This document shows positions 25,515 to 38,198 of a stretch of 63,228 bases of DNA, in pieces. The notes under the pieces were generated by a model. That model saw only the letters and a list, made by a program, of their open reading frames with translations. It had not been told where the DNA came from and searched no databases. Source of the stretch: Octopus bimaculoides (lineage: Eukaryota); NCBI RefSeq assembly GCF_001194135.2, contig NC_068992.1, forward strand, positions 68,192,039-68,255,266, given 5' to 3'. Positions within the stretch are counted from its first letter, which is position 1. Each line of letters begins with the position of its first letter. Made by a program: the position numbers and the translations under genes.

Positions 25515-26120
25515 TAATGTTTAATGCCTCTTTCTTCCAGCCATTTCGTTTGTCAAGCATGGCATCCATATCATTCTTCTCCTTCCTCTGCTTCTTTCTC
25601 CTTCAATTTTTCCGGTCGTCGTTAAATTCTCCAGGGCCTCTTTCTTCCTCATATGAGCAAGAAATCTCAGTTTCCTACTCACCCCAACCCAGGTCAACAC
25701 TTCTTCACTAGACACTTTCTCTTCTATCCTCAATATTTTCCTTTAGAACCACATTTCACATCTCTGCAAGCACTTTCTCATTTCAGTTGCTATAGACCAT
25801 GCCTGGTTTCCATACATTAATGTGGAGTAGACATAAAGGTCCAATATACGGCTTTTGGTCTTGATACTCAAAGTACAGATTCTCAGGATGTTATATAAGT
25901 TTGAGAATGCAAAATTTGTTTTCACTTTTCGTCGTTTGATCTCCTTCACACATCTTGCATCTTCACTGATCAAAACTAATGCATTTATTTTAAAACAAAA
26001 CGCATACTTTTCAATGAAGTTCTGTGAATTCGTTGTTAGTATTCAAGAGATTCTTCTACATCAATTTATATCTCGTCTCTTGAATTCTGCTTAAATTCCA
26101 TTTCTCTTTCAACCAGTGAG
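25515..26120 (-). mobile_element. RTE-clade LINE 3' remnant
   Basis: ISEDARCVKEIKRR...TKSRILDLYVYSTLMYGNQAW...CEMWF; ...LRFLAHMRKKEALENLTTTGKIEGERSRGRRRMIW. Confidence 0.8.
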
Positions 26121-26884
26121 TGTTTATATATAAATTAATTAAAGGACATACTAAAAAATAGTCATTCCAGATGATAACAAAATTAATATCTTAGCACATT
26201 AATTTCCGGGAATTATATTTTTTCTCGTGAATTGTTTGCCTTTGTATAGAGAATCTTTTCCCCTGGTGGCTGGAAATTGATTTCGGCGTTACACGAATCA
26301 GTTGCAGCGCAGACTTGAATACGAGTATTTGGGGGTCTCTCTTCAGGGTAACACGTGCTGATGGCGTCAAGGTGATTTTATTTTGCCAGTGCAGAAACCG
26401 GTCCACGTGAGTCCATATATACGTAAATGTACGTTAGGAGATTTTATTAACCTGATCTACTTTGGTTGGTTTCTGTAGTTATCATCAGTGTAATTTTGGT
26501 GATTTAAATAAGAGTTTTGATGGTTATTTCCAGCAGGTAGACATACTTAGTATGTCCTTTGCTTAATTTAAATCATTCAGCTATTAAATGCTTTTCTTGG
26601 GTCTGCAAACGCCTATATTATTAATTCTGTTATAGTTTTTGTTTTTTTTAAATAGTCATTCCAGATAACAAAATTCATAATATCTTAGCAAATTAATTTT
26701 CGAGATTATATATGTATGTATGTGTAAATATATTATATATATACATATATGTGTGTGTGTGTTGATATTTGTGTCTGCCTGTTTTTGTTTATTTCCACCC
26801 GACAACTGGCGTTGATTGTTCAGCGTTTGAGATTGTACAATAATACTGGTGTCGATTTGTTCGAGATGTCAGACCGGCATAGTC

Positions 26885-26928
<44 letters not shown>

Positions 26929-27355
26929 NNNNNNNNNNNNNNNNNNNNNNNNNNNNNNNNNNNNNNNNNNNNNNNNNNNNNNNNNNNNNNNNNNNNNNNN
27001 NNNNNNNNNNNNNNNNNNNNNNNNNNNNNNNNNNNNNNNNNNNNNNNNNNNNNNNNNNNNNNNNNNNNNNNNNNNNNNNNNNNNNNNNNNNNNNNNNNNN
27101 NNNNNNNNNNNNNNNNNNNNNNNNNNNNNNNNNNNNNNNNNNNNNNNNNNNNNNNNNNNNNNNNNNNNNNNNNNNNNNNNNNNNNNNNNNNNNNNNNNNN
27201 NNNNNNNNNNNNNNNNNNNNATATATATGAATAGAACCATAGTGAGGGATTATCAATTATTTTATAATTAATTTAACTTGTCTGTTATATATACACACAC
27301 ACACACACACACATACATACATACATACATACATACATACATACATACATACACA

Positions 27356-28580
27356 CACGAGGAGGTATCCAGAGTGGCTGGAAACGTTGTCTGTGGGGAA
27401 GGCCAGTTGTAGCTCGGGTTTCTGCCACTTGCTGTGACCGAAAGGGATCAGTCTGCCGACCGGCGTCGTCCGCTGGAGTTATACTGCCAGGTGATACGTC
27501 ATTGGTTTTGGTCTTTCTCTTCTGTTCGTCGATTTTTGCGATAGCTGAAAAGAAGGAACAACACCCTTGAGTGATATTCTGTTTTCTACTCGGGAGACGG
27601 CGGCCAAGACAGTTGTCATGTTTCAAACAGCTTTCAAGGAATTTTCCAGGAGCAAAATACAAGTTTACGTGTGGTTTTCACGCCTTAGGAATGGTCACTT
27701 ATCACTCGAAGACCGACCTCGGTCAGGGTGACAGTCAATCTCACGAACGAAGGAAAACATCACGAAAGTTCATGAACTGATAATGGAGGACCGTCGCCGA
27801 ACATTTGACGAACTTGTTGATATATCTGGTGTGTCCTGGAGCTCATGCCAACGAATTTTCAGCGAGGAATTGTGAATGAAAACAGTTGCAGCAACATTTG
27901 TGCCTCGTTTGCTCACGGAAGATCAAAAGCAGTCACGACTGAATGCATGTCATGAACTGAAAGAATTGTTGGAAGTTGATCCGGACCTTTTTCCGAAGGT
28001 CCCCACTGGCGATGAAAGTTGGTACTACAGTTACTATCCGGAAACTTAGCAGCAATCACATCAATGGAAGCATTCAATATCACCAAGCCCACAAAAAGCG
28101 CGTCAAGTGATGGGAAGTAATTGTCCACACATACTTTCCTCCCGGTCAAACTCTTAACCAGACATCTTACTTGGAATTTCTGAAGCGTTTGCGAGACGCG
28201 ATGAGACGAAAATGCAACGACCCGTGGAAAAGTAGAGAGTGGTGGTTTCATCACGACAATGCGCCTGTGCACGCTGCATTGTGTGTGAGACAGTTTTTGA
28301 CCAAAAATGGCATGACCCCGCTTACCTCCATAATCACTCGATCTTGTTCCCCGTGAATGAAAGAAGTCCTTAAAGAAAAACGTTTTGAAGATGTGGAAGA
28401 GGTGAAGAAAAAACGACGGAGGTGTTAAAAGCCATCACAAACAGTAGAAAACGCGTTCGGACCGATGCATTGGTTCAAATGGAGAATACTTTGAAGGCAA
28501 TAAGAGTGTAAACATGTAAAACTAAGTGAATAAAATAATATTGCAACATTTCGGTTTATTTTGGGCACCCGCGCCTTGTG
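27356..28580 (+). mobile_element. Near full-length decayed mariner (DD34D) transposon in the last intron, antisense to the gene
   Basis: Termini cacgaggaggtatcca and ttcggtttattttgggcaccc; motifs FVPRLLTEDQK, TGDESW (28005), HHDNAPVH (28250) and a degraded SPDLAP; multiple stops and frameshifts; embedded in microsatellite. Confidence 0.85.
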
Positions 28581-28584
28581 TGTG

Positions 28585-28658
<74 letters not shown>

Positions 28659-28861
28659 ACTATGCATCTTTATATATATACATAGTTATGCTTGTCAACA
28701 CATTCCTCTTTGTAAACGATGAACATAGTCTAAGAATATGTAGAATTAGACTGAAATTTTAATTTATTCGCAATATAATAGGGTAATTAACTGACTAATC
28801 AATGAATGCGTGCATATGGATCATGTCCTTATTGTTTGAGTACAGTGTATACAATAATATT

Positions 28862-29069
28862 CTTTTCTACTCTAGGCACAAGGCCTGAAATTTTGGGGGA
28901 AGGGACCTGTCGATTAGATTTACACCAGTATACAACCGGTACTTAATTTATCGACCCCAAAATGATGAAAGGCGACCTCGGCAGAATTTGAACTCAGAAC
29001 GTAAAGACAGACGAAATACCGCTGAACATTTCGCCAGACGTGCTAACGTCTCTACCAGCTCGCCGCCTT
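28862..29069 (-). mobile_element. Full-length tRNA-derived SINE with a perfect 16-bp TSD
   Basis: Reverse complement aaggcggcgagctggtagagacgttagcacg...gttctgagttcaaattctgcc...gtcgataaattaagtacc...caggccttgtgcctagagtagaaaag. TSD tgtatacaataatatt at 28846-28861 and 29070-29085. Confidence 0.9.
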
Positions 29070-29413
29070 TGTATACAATAATATTGAAACTGTAAACTGT
29101 ATGCAAAATGCCACCTATTTGTACACGTTACCATGCCAAACTGATATGCTACTCATTGTATGAAAGAGTATATGAGTGTGGATAGATGTAATATAGCCTT
29201 GGGTGGATGGACATATGTCTATATTGATACTCGTAATTAAAAAGAATATGTTTAGATTTATATATATGTGTGTGCGTGCTCACATGTATGTGTCTCCATA
29301 TATCTATATATGCAATGAATTCGTGTATATACATGTATATGCGTCGGTGTGAGCGTGTTTATGGGGGAGGGCTGTATGTGTCCGTATATGTAAATATATG
29401 TAGATGTATATAA

Positions 29414-29445
<32 letters not shown>

Positions 29446-30351
29446 CTGGATCTGAGCGTATCGGAATGTGTTTGGGGGACATCTGCCTGCATTGTTATCT
29501 ATTTTCGTGTCATCCATGTTTTTTCGTTACTGTTTTGATTTTATTTAAGGTATTTCATTATCAGTGCAAAACGTATTATTCGGTACACTTATTTTGTTTA
29601 TACTTATTTCATGTTTGACTCTTTGTAAGTCAATTTATGACTTATACACGAAGTGTTCTTCATTGTAATTCAGGTTTCTCGTGTGTACAAGTTATTACAG
29701 ACAACTACTAAGATGTATTCGGATCGAAATAATAGAGTTAAAAAAAAAAAAAGAAAGTACCTTTTGAAAAATAACCTAACAAAACATATTTCACCTTAAT
29801 AATGCCCTGCAACTATTTGTATAGCATCTCGCCCGCGGGAGAGCGATGCACGATGGGTCGAAACGATCGTAGTGATTAATAAAAATTTTGTGAATTCCAT
29901 TTTCTTTCTCTTTCTTGCTGTCTATATGTATGCATGTGTACACGTATATATATATGAACGCGTGCATATATGCGTGTGCAAGTGTCTCTATGTGTGTTTG
30001 GATGCATATAGAGCTACAATGCTTTGAACGCGTCTCGTCAGAGTGGGTGTTTAAATACAATACTCAAAGACACAAACCGGCTTGTCTATCAACTGACTCC
30101 ACCACTTCAAACTTATTTGTGCTCGTTTAGTACCTAAACATATGCATGGCGCACACACAGACACACACACAACTGCCCACTTTTTATTTCGTATCTAGAA
30201 TTTTAAGAATGCAGCTACTTATAGTACTTTGGATATTGTTATTTAGTAAGTCTTGAAATACGACCCATTAATAAATCTGTTGCAAAAGCTAAAGCAGAAA
30301 TAACTTAATTCAATGACATTGATTGATAATTTGATGTAAGGTTGTTCTTAC

Positions 30352-31609
30352 CTATGGCCAGCCAAACAGCAAACCGTAACCAAGCAGATTGTGGTAAGGA
30401 CGTTATTAGATAAGCATTGAGTGTGAAAGATGCGAGAGGAACTACAGGAACATAGGGAGTTGTTGCAAGCAGATTGATTTTATTCTTTGGTTGCCGTGCG
30501 ATTACCACAAGGCACGTTATCATGGTGAAGAGAGATGCAGCCAATATGATAATTGCCCACCAACTTTGAGCGTAGACGTATTGACGTCCATGAATTGTCA
30601 ACACGCATAGAACTACAGATGATATTATGTAGACAATCAATGAAATACTGAATTTACGCCAAGATCTTTCGGTAGGTTCACAGTAGTCGTTGGAAAATTG
30701 AAATAAGCTTCCGAAGCTGCTTCCGCTTACAATACTCGATATCCGTTGGTACGTGCTGTGGTTACTTCCACTGACGGATATCATGGGAGATGTGTCTTGT
30801 AATTCAGTACAGATAACCGATTTTGATTTTTGCGTAGCAAATGTCTCTTTTGCTTCTACGTTTTGTTGATGAACATTGTTAATATATGAATTAGAATCCC
30901 CTTGTTTTGTAAATGAATCAATGCTTGAATAAAAATGAGGATCATGTCTATTTAGACGATAGTTTTTGTAAGTTCTATATCCAGTGTTATTAATAAAATC
31001 TGTAGATGCCATGCGCAATGTTCTGATGTCACTTATATCTTCATATTCTTTATATAGTCCAACAATTTCAGAATCGTACCGAAGGCAAAGGACAGAGATA
31101 CTAACCACGGTATAGGCAGCTAGTGTTCCAATTGCCATCGTGTCGATTAAAGTTTCAAGTTTAAAAACCATTGCTATTGTTCCTGAGGTTAGACCCCCCA
31201 TGAAAACTGCAATGGCTGGTGATCTAGTTAGTTTAGTTATAAATGATAAACATTTGAATAATATATGATCATCTGCCATAGAATATATTATCCGTGATAT
31301 TGAATAAAGGCATCCGAATAAAGCAGCAGACAGGCCTAACATACCACCGATTCCTATAACGTAGTTGGAACCAAATATCTGACGGGCTTCGTAAGCTTTT
31401 GGTAAAGCAGCGCGATCTTGTAGCTGATACCAAGGGTAGGCAAGAGTGATAGCCATGGCTACACCGAAATATAATACGAAGCAAATGATGAGTGTTGTCA
31501 CAATACTGACTGGCACTACTCTGCTGGGATCTTTGCATTCCTCACTGGAAGTTGCTACAGCATCAAATCCAAGAAATGCGACGAACAAAGTCGCTGCACC
31601 AGCTAGAAT
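30352..31609 (-). CDS. Cationic amino acid transporter (SLC7 CAT family), large 1258-bp exon (TM6 to the C-terminal TMs)
   Basis: Acceptor tttacAG|ATT and donor ATA G|GTAAGA. ILAGAATLFVAFLGFDAVATSSEECKDPSRVVP...SRIIYSMADD...MAIGTLAAYTVVS.SVLCLRY...QSWWAII...PYVPVVPLASFTLNAYLITSLPQSAWLRFAVWLAIG match CAT signatures (AFxGFD, EExKxP, IGTLxAY, WxRFxxW). Confidence 0.95.
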
Positions 31610-33724
31610 CTGTAAAGAAAAAAAAAGTGAATGTCATTAAGAATAGAGAGTTGGAAACGCAAACAGGTTTATTGAATTTAAAACTCAGTTTTTTTAGAGG
31701 AGCCTAAAATAGATAAATAAATCAAAATATACAACCTTCAAAGTGAAATATTTTTGTGTTTATACAATATTGATTTGTTCTGTAAAAGTTTGAAAGTTCC
31801 TTGTTAAAAGTGAGACAATTAGCATTTGATTGTCGAAGACCAGCAAGGGTGTGCTTCTCAGTCACTGAACTTGCTATAAATATCAGCCAAGTTCCTACAA
31901 ACTAACAGTCTATATCCTTTAAAAGTGAACTGATGCATCATCTTATAGATATAAAAAGACAGGTTGGTCACGTATAGAATACATTTCTGAATGCTTCAGT
32001 TAAACCAGAAATGACGTGCTATTGACCCACAGAAAATAGCTGCCAATCACCCATGCATTACATACTTCCGTCTGCAATAAAAATGGATACATAACACAAC
32101 GTAGTCCTCAAAAAAAAACTTGGAATTGTCACAGCAAGAATTATTTCATGGAAGCTCTCTAGGATCAACATAGGGAAGAAATAAGTTACAACATCAACTA
32201 CAGCACACATAAAATCAAGGAGATAGAGACGGTGTATCAATGCTAATCTTCGTATCAAAATTTACGCTTTCGGATGATTTTTAGGTGGAGCATTATGGTT
32301 AAATTTGGGAATCAGCTGCTGAACACCTGCATTTCCTTTTGACAGTACAGAGAGAATAACCTATAAGACTACTTTGCTTCCATGTTATTCCTGTCAAAAC
32401 GTGTCTGCAATTTGACTTATGTTGTAGAAAACAGATGAAGTTGTCTTTCTGGCGACGTTGTAAACGTTTCCCATTTCCTTTGTTTGAAAGAGGATCGGTG
32501 CATTGGCTATGTTGTCTCTGGAGTTGAAAAGTGCGATCGAAATGTTCGAGACTATATTTTAACTAACAATAACATCAATATAAAAATCACATATTTGCTT
32601 GGGGGACAAATTTTGCAAGCAACAATGGAATAAAATAGTATTTAGGGCACATCAGCAAGTAGATGAATATGCATAAAACCGGATAGGAATCATTAACTGC
32701 GGAGTTCCATCAATTAAATAAGTCGCAAGCGAAATGTTAAGCAAGAAGTGGTGTTACCCATTATAAGGCATCAGCATTGAGAAAGTTAAAAAGCGATAAA
32801 AGAAGCAAATCGGCACATAACGTCTCAAAACATGAAATCAATTTGTCAACTCATGTGAAAAGTTAATTCAAAGACTTCGGAAAAGCTTCCAGTACCTAAG
32901 TAGCTGGCAACTTCATACGAAATTAAAAGCAAACAAAAAAACTGATAATATGCATATCACTTAATGCAAGTTACATAAATAATTGTTTATAATTTACTAT
33001 GTAGGAAGCGCATATCTAATTAAGTTTAAGAAAGAAACAATATTTAATGAGCTTAGAGGAAAACAAAACGATAATGACCTCCTTCTATTAGAGAACAAAT
33101 TATAGGTATTATTTAGAACACAGACTTGAATTATTTACTGTGTTAAGACAAACTTTTTATGAAAACATTCAAGGTTTATACAAATCTATATTCCGACTAA
33201 GTTCATCGTTCACAATTTCAATCTTGAATTTACCAAATTTATCCGTATACATCTTCGTGAAGCGTAACGTTACAGTTTCTTGTAGAATATATTTATATAG
33301 CTTCAACTTATTGATCAAACTTGAATCCAGGAAGAAGATATTCATATAACTTCCGATTGACGATAAAATAAAGTCTGGTTGTTTTATTACACAGCAGGAA
33401 ATAAGTTATGGATCAGCTTCCAATGACAGATTACATGTCTAAGTTAAAATACAGAATGAATTTTGAAAGCATATTGTAAATCAGTATTTCTGGAGAAGCG
33501 AGTGGGGGGCGGCGAGCTGTCTGAATTGTCTCTGAGATTACTGCTGTCACAGTCGCCAGTACAACGTCAAATACATCGGTTTTCAAGGACGTCTACTCGG
33601 TAAAGCAGAAATATAAGAGATTTCACTTAAAGATGTTTGAACAGTCATTCACATTGTTTTGTAACTGGTGTAACTGAAAATGCTTGATATTTACAGTTTT
33701 CTGGCAGTTTCGTTGCACAGTGTG

Positions 33725-33853
<129 letters not shown>

Positions 33854-35307
33854 CTGCTGCTTGTGATAGAAGCGAACATCAGAAATAGCTACTCGTACTG
33901 TACTAATTGCAATCGAATTTAAGCCTCTTCTACAGAGGCGATTTTTCCTAAGTTACAGAGTAATTTGGTAATTTGTAGCATATTAACACGTTCAGAAGTG
34001 CACATTTGTTATTAAATGTTGCACCATTCAATGCGTCTTAGTACTGGACGTTATATATGGGAAAGTTCAATGCACAATGGTGTATATTTTAATTGGAATA
34101 GAAACATGTCGAAATCGCACGTCGCAAAAATTTGAAATGTGCGTACAAAACTCGAATATGTTTGTATTATGTTTATAGATTTCCTATGGACAGTAACTGA
34201 GGACATATATTTTTCATATATTTAGGCCAAGTGATTCCTTTTGTTTTTTTGTGTTTTACTTTTTTAAGATCCGCAAACATATCTGAAGTTATGAGAGTTT
34301 AAAGAAGCTAATGTGGGCTGACAAAATCTGACCATATTCTCTCACTAAGCATAAATCATTGCTCGGTGTAAAGCCGTCCAACCTGTGTGTGCCAGTGGTA
34401 GAAATAGTTATACTTTCTTTTTTCTGATGATCTATTTATTTTCTGTCTAAGTACAGCAGATTTTTAGGTAATCAAACAAAATGTTTTTTCTTCTCACTGA
34501 GTGTAAATCACGCCGGACGCTGAATATATATTTTATTCTTTGTTTAATAAAATATTTGCCAGACGTTTACATATTTTAGAAATCTTTATTCTAGTTTATG
34601 TTGGTTTTATCGTTGAAATGTATCATATGTTAAGCATTTATGTATTATATCATTTAGAATTATATCAATATTAATACTACTACTACAAAACCCTTCAATC
34701 CGGAAACAATGTTTAGACTTGTCATCAGCAATTTAACAGCGCAACAAATTGCAATAAAAAATTCAATTATAAAATTCATTGCATACTAGTTTCAAGACTG
34801 ACAATTATTTTAGCAAATCTGTCAGTAACAGACATACAAAATAAAAGTTTTCAAATTTTGAGATTTTGTTATTCATCTTCGTATGACGGTTTGTCACTTT
34901 GTTTCTAGGATACTACCTGACATTATTTTCTGAAATACTCAGGAATGTAAGATGTTTTCCAATGTTTTATTTCACTTAATAATGTTTTATTTCACATATG
35001 GCAACAACAAAAAAATGCTTGCTAATTTGACGCATGGAGGTGTAAGAGTTTTTGCAGGAAATGTAAATGGGAAGGTAAAATGTAAAGAGTTCAAACACAG
35101 ACAATATAGGATGTTATGTGCTACCATACCTAGAAAATTCACTTGGCTCGTCAGCACTTCATTTAGGAAATGATAAAGAATAATAAATTCAATTTCATAT
35201 TCTACATTCCCCAAGACTGAGCTCTATTTAGAAATAACAGACCCAAAATCACAACGACAATGCATATTTGAAACTATTTGTTAAACTATATGGCAAACGC
35301 TATATAC

Positions 35308-35312
<5 letters not shown>

Positions 35313-35356
<44 letters not shown>

Positions 35357-35371
35357 TGTGTATGTGTGTGT

Positions 35372-35428
<57 letters not shown>
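35313..35428. repeat. (GT)n microsatellite
   Basis: Read directly from the sequence. Confidence 0.95.
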
Positions 35429-35429
<1 letters not shown>

Positions 35430-35943
35430 TGAGGTCTTAATATATAGCTTAGACATTGCGAGACTAATAACTTGTAGTAATCAATATACGTATGTTTCAG
35501 AACAAAGTTTTGATCAGGATAGAACGGTAACAAGAAAATGATATCACCTGGCAAAAGCTTCATTAGTTGACGGCTGTTTCTGCTATAAGATGCTATGGGC
35601 TCTTATTTGAGTGCACGAATAACATCCTATAGTTTCAACGAATCTTCAAATAGGAAGTGCAATTTATTTTAGAAAAAAAGAATTACATTTTTTAAAAATA
35701 TACAGGGATAACATTACCAGTGAGAACGTTATTATTGATGTATATAAAGAATATATGTCCAAAAGGCAATTATATCTTTTCCTATTTCTCTTCTAGTAAA
35801 TCTATGTATATTTACACATACTCGAAAAATAGCACGCAGACACAAAACCACACACACACTGCGAGCAGATACGTACACACACACACACACACACACACAA
35901 GCATAAACATATAGAGACGTATATATAAATAGAAGCAAGGATA

Positions 35944-35985
<42 letters not shown>

Positions 35986-36629
35986 GTTTCGTTTTCCTGT
36001 CTTGTTTTCCGTCCGCCACTACCCTCCACGNNNNNNNNNNNNNNNNNNNNNNNNNNNNNNNNNNNNNNNNNNNNNNNNNNNNNNNNNNNNNNNNNNNNNN
36101 NNNNNNNNNNNNNNNNNNNNNNNNNNNNNNNNNNNNNNNNNNNNNNNNNNNNNNNNNNNNNNNNNNNNNNNNNNNNNNNNNNNNNNNNNNNNNNNNNNNN
36201 NNNNNNNNNNNNNNNNNNNNNNNNNNNNNNNNNNNNNNNNNNNNNNNNNNNNNNNNNNNNNNNNNNNNNNNNNNNNNNNNNNNNNNNNNNNNNNNNNNNN
36301 NNNNNNNNNNNNNNNNNNNNNNNNNNNNNNNNNNNNNNNNNNNNNNNNNNNNNNNNNNNNNNNNNNNNNNNNNNNNNNNNNNNNNNNNNNNNNNNNNNNN
36401 NNNNNNNNNNNNNNNNNNNNNNNNNNNNNNNNNNNNNNNNNNNNNNNNNNNNNNNNNNNNNNNNNNNNNNNNNNNNNNNNNNNNNNNNNNNNNNNNNNNN
36501 NNNNNNNNNNNNNNNNNNNNNNNNNNNNNNNNNNNNNNNNNNNNNNNNNNNNNNNNNNNNNNNNNNNNNNNNNNNNNNNNNNNNNNNNNNNNNNNNNNNN
36601 NNNNNNNNNNNTGTATATATATATATATA

Positions 36630-36863
36630 TAGCTCAGTTGTTAGAGAGTCGGTCTCAATAATGAGATAGTGAGTTCGATTCCCGGATCGGGATCTGTTTT
36701 ATTCTTCGGCAAGACATTTTATTGTATGTTGCTCCAATCAGTGGCGTGGAGAAGCGTATGGTATACATGGAAGACTGCTGGTTTCCATAAACAACCTTGC
36801 TCAGACTTGTGCCCTGGAGGGTACCTATCTTGGTGTAATCCAATGGTCATTCATGACTGAAGA
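36630..36863 (+). mobile_element. tRNA-derived CORE-like SINE, same family as 13384
   Basis: tagctcagttgttaga...gagttcgattccc; ggcaagacatttt; gactgctggtttccataaacaaccttgc; caatggtcattcatgactgaag. Confidence 0.75.
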
Positions 36864-37689
36864 GCAAATGTAGACTGAGATGCAGGAACCGAAGACGGAC
36901 AGACAGAATTTCACTTTTATCACATTTATATAATGTGTGCGTGCGTCGGTGTGCCTATGTATACACAGACACACATATCTATACAATCTATGGAAGTGTA
37001 TATAATGTGGTTGAGTGAGAGTATGTGTTGTCGTGCCAATGAGATGCGCGTATTGGTATGAAAACCACAAAGTGTATGTGGAATCCGATATTTAAAGAAG
37101 TATTTCGATATAGAGCTGACAAACTGTTGTAAGATAAACACGGAAACCATATTGTAAAAAGCTGAAGAAAATGTGGGGATTAACACACGCCATTATGCTA
37201 ATAGAAATGAAATATTTCTAGTATTTCTTCTGTTCGAGTATTACTTATCACTAAATATAAATAGCAGCCACACTTTTAACTTTGCGATAAAATTCTATAA
37301 CGTTTCTATGAGTTGCTGTATTTAGACGAGGCTTGTAAGAAAACTAAATGTACAGAGACTGTTGCGGAATAGATTATTGAATGCTATACAAGAACCAAGA
37401 TTGTCTGTCTCCAGTTATTCCTGCACTTTAGAGAGTTCGAGAGATGGGTGTTTCTTCGCATATCGTTTTATTTTAAATTAACAGACACTTTAATTAACAT
37501 GATTCTTAAGTATGGTATACGTATTTCATTTTTCAGCCATGTAATGACACAGGTGTTATTTTGCAAACAATCCTTTCGCTTGTCTCTAGAGGTTTCTCCT
37601 CTTCCTGACGAAGAACTTTACCCGGAAAGTCATATCCCCTGATTTTTCCAATCATAAATTTTCTCTGAGTGTCAATCTGATGCATTCAC

Positions 37690-37858
37690 TGTGTAATTCG
37701 TGGTTTCAATTCCTATACCGCGTGGTGCGTTATCTTCTTGAGCAAAACACTTCATCTCACGATTTCTCGCGACTCCTTCGACACCGTGCACCTGTTCGGA
37801 CAACGTCGATTTGATGGAGAGAGTGAACCTATGTGCGGCACAAACATTTAATCACTAG
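37690..37858 (+). mobile_element. Decayed SINE, partial head plus core
   Basis: B-box ggtttcaattcc followed by ttgagcaaaacactt. Confidence 0.5.
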
Positions 37859-38094
37859 TGTGTGTGTGTGTGTGTGTGTGTAAGATCCAAGCATCAAGGT
37901 GCAGGAAGTTGTTCTGAAGTTCTGCTAGCTAGGAAGCATATGTACCCTCGGTTTTATTAGCTCCACTCCCTAATTTGGGAGATTTATATATAATGGACTT
38001 TATCGTCGAAGACAGCGTACGAGCGTTCATCTTTTGCCAAACGACCTTCGTAAATGATTCGTTTATAGTGATCAATTGTATGTACTCTTTTCAT

Positions 38095-38198
38095 CAAATC
38101 GAAGTTGATGAAACGAACACAACGCAACACCCGGTCTAGGAATTGAAACTGCGATCTCGCGATCTTGAGTGTATCATTCTAAATACTAGATACCCTTC
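38095..38198 (-). mobile_element. Decayed SINE head
   Basis: Reverse complement gaagggtatctagtatttagaa...gcagtttcaattcctagaccgggtgttgcgttgtg. Confidence 0.5.

Noticed and set aside
30305-30351. ORF-track end of the transporter (…GKNNLTSNYQSMSLN*) as the true C-terminus
   Set aside because: A consensus donor G|GTAAGA at 30351 and a phase-matched YFGYG exon at 19755 explain the gene better.
37600-37635. CTGACGA...GGAAAG as a hammerhead
   Set aside because: The intervening sequence cannot form stem II.
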